A DNA stretch of 64,000 bases. Origin: an uncultured Desulfobacter sp. (GTDB lineage Bacteria; Desulfobacterota; Desulfobacteria; Desulfobacterales; Desulfobacteraceae). Shown piece after piece: positions 62,763 to 64,000 of the stretch (position 1 is the first letter of the stretch; each line of letters opens with the position of its first letter). Location: NCBI GenBank assembly GCA_963665095.1, contig OY762069.1, positions 1,216,001 to 1,280,000 of the forward strand, given 5' to 3'. A program made the position numbers and the translations under genes. The notes beneath the pieces are model-generated. The model was not told where the DNA came from. It made no database searches and saw only the letters and a list, made by a program, of their open reading frames with translations.

Positions 62763-64000
62763 CTAACGACCTGATGGATCAGGCAGCATATCAATGATCT
62801 CTCCAAACGGCGGTAACACCCCACCCTGCCCCACCCTGACCCAGAGTACCGGATAGGCGGGGGCCTGTTCAGGAAAAGCCCGGCACTCAAGGTCGGTGAA
62901 ATAAATGAGGCAAAAAGGATAAATGCCGTTCGTCTCCACAAAATCAAACACAGCGCGGAAATCAGTTCCGCCACCACCCTTTGGTGTAAAACCTTGTGAC
63001 AGATCTGATGCAGAAACAAGTTCATATTTATTGACGGCCATATCTGCATATATGAGGTGGACAAGGCTTGGATTCATGGAAAGAATGGCTGACAGTTCAG
63101 CAGTAAACCTTGCCAGTTCAAGGGGTTTAATACTGCCGGAAGTATCCACAGCCAATACCATTTCAGGCAACTGGTCCGATACCAGGGAGGGCAGATATAA
63201 ATTCTGGTGAATATACCTGCGATTGGGCCGCGTCCAGGTATAATCCTGCCGGGCAGACTGCTGAATAAACCGGGCCAGAAGCGCATCCCAGGAAAGCGTG
63301 GGGCTGAAGCACTCCTTCACCAGAATATCCACCCCTTTAGGCAGTTGTCCCATGGCCCTGGCATTTGTGGCCGCCTGGATCAGGGCCTGATCCCAGTCCG
63401 TGCCGTTCTCCTCCTGGGCAGAGAAGCGCTTCTTTTTCGGTGATATTCCGTCTCTGACCTCACCGGAACCTCCGGGGTCTGAGGGGATGTCCTGATCATC
63501 TCTATCCGTTTCCATCCCCTCTCCAGAGTCAATGGAAGCCTGCGTTTTGTCTTCCTCTTCCTTATTTTTATCCTGATTATCTTTTTCGTCCAACGGCCGG
63601 GCGTCCGGATTATCCTGATCCTTTTTTCCATCCTCTGCCTGACCCTCTTTCAGAGTGCGGTACACCTGCTCTGCAGTTTTACCGGCATGGGCCTCGTCCC
63701 ATAAATACCCGTCCGGAAGCACCAGGCCTGCGTCCAGAAGAATGGGATTGATCGCATAGTCACATGCCTTGTTCCAGGTATGGGGATCACGGTTTTCCCG
63801 GCGCAGATGGTGACCGCAGGCCGGATGCATGACTGTGTGGGCGGACAGCCCCAAAAGCTTTTCCCGGGGAAGGATATTAATATAGTCAGGGTTATAGCCA
63901 AAGGTTTTACCGTCACTCCAGGCAGTCCGGCAGGTTCTGTCCTCCCGGAGGGTAAGGCGCATGGCAAGGGAGGCAAAAAAAGGATGATGCAACACCATGT
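62763..64000 (-). CDS. DUF2201-like metallopeptidase/vWA protein, 5' end outside the window
   Basis: PFFASL, TAWSDG, HTVMH, WNKACDYAIN, AVDTSGS, GGGGTDF, YFTD. Confidence 0.82.
   Translation of the reverse strand, partial: MVLHHPFFASLAMRLTLREDRTCRTAWSDGKTFGYNPDYINILPREKLLGLSAHTVMHPACGHHLRRENRDPHTWNKACDYAINPILLDAGLVLPDGYLWDEAHAGKTAEQVYRTLKEGQAEDGKKDQDNPDARPLDEKDNQDKNKEEEDKTQASIDSGEGMETDRDDQDIPSDPGGSGEVRDGISPKKKRFSAQEENGTDWDQALIQAATNARAMGQLPKGVDILVKECFSPTLSWDALLARFIQQSARQDYTWTRPNRRYIHQNLYLPSLVSDQLPEMVLAVDTSGSIKPLELARFTAELSAILSMNPSLVHLIYADMAVNKYELVSASDLSQGFTPKGGGGTDFRAVFDFVETNGIYPFCLIYFTDLECRAFPEQAPAYPVLWVRVGQGGVLPPFGEIIDMLPDPSGR

Noticed and set aside
62732..63064. N-terminal extension of the 264-aa ORF
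   Set aside because: Overlaps the vWA gene by ~300 bp in another frame; ATG at 62731 is the plausible start

Overview
Chromosomal window from a sulfate-reducing deltaproteobacterium; gene content points to Desulfobacterales (inference). 1-22.9 kb is host DNA: qrcABCD plus an uncalled 52-aa membrane ORF, flavoredoxin, system II cytochrome c biogenesis (resB/ccsA), a lone recD, a Dpp/Opp-type ABC transporter with amidohydrolase and C26 peptidase, hemerythrin-like protein, mpl and hemL. A ~36 kb prophage-like element is integrated in tRNA-Lys(CTT), bounded by a 57-bp att direct repeat (23007-23063 / 59108-59164). It keeps an intact-looking tyrosine integrase, cI/cro switch, recombination/replication genes and terS/terL, but I find no portal, capsid, tail or endolysin gene. 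Its late operon ends in one 2548-aa polyvalent protein (membrane N-terminus, 2H phosphoesterase, two JAB domains, LPD3-like, HExxH peptidase). The element also carries a 4-gene DDE/AAA transposon, two TA pairs, and an adenine methyltransferase whose target-recognition region and tail are occupied by a degenerate 20-bp pseudo-palindromic DNA repeat. Host genes resume after attR (GspC-like, YidD-like, TPR, vWA protein). All family calls come from motif recognition, not database searches.
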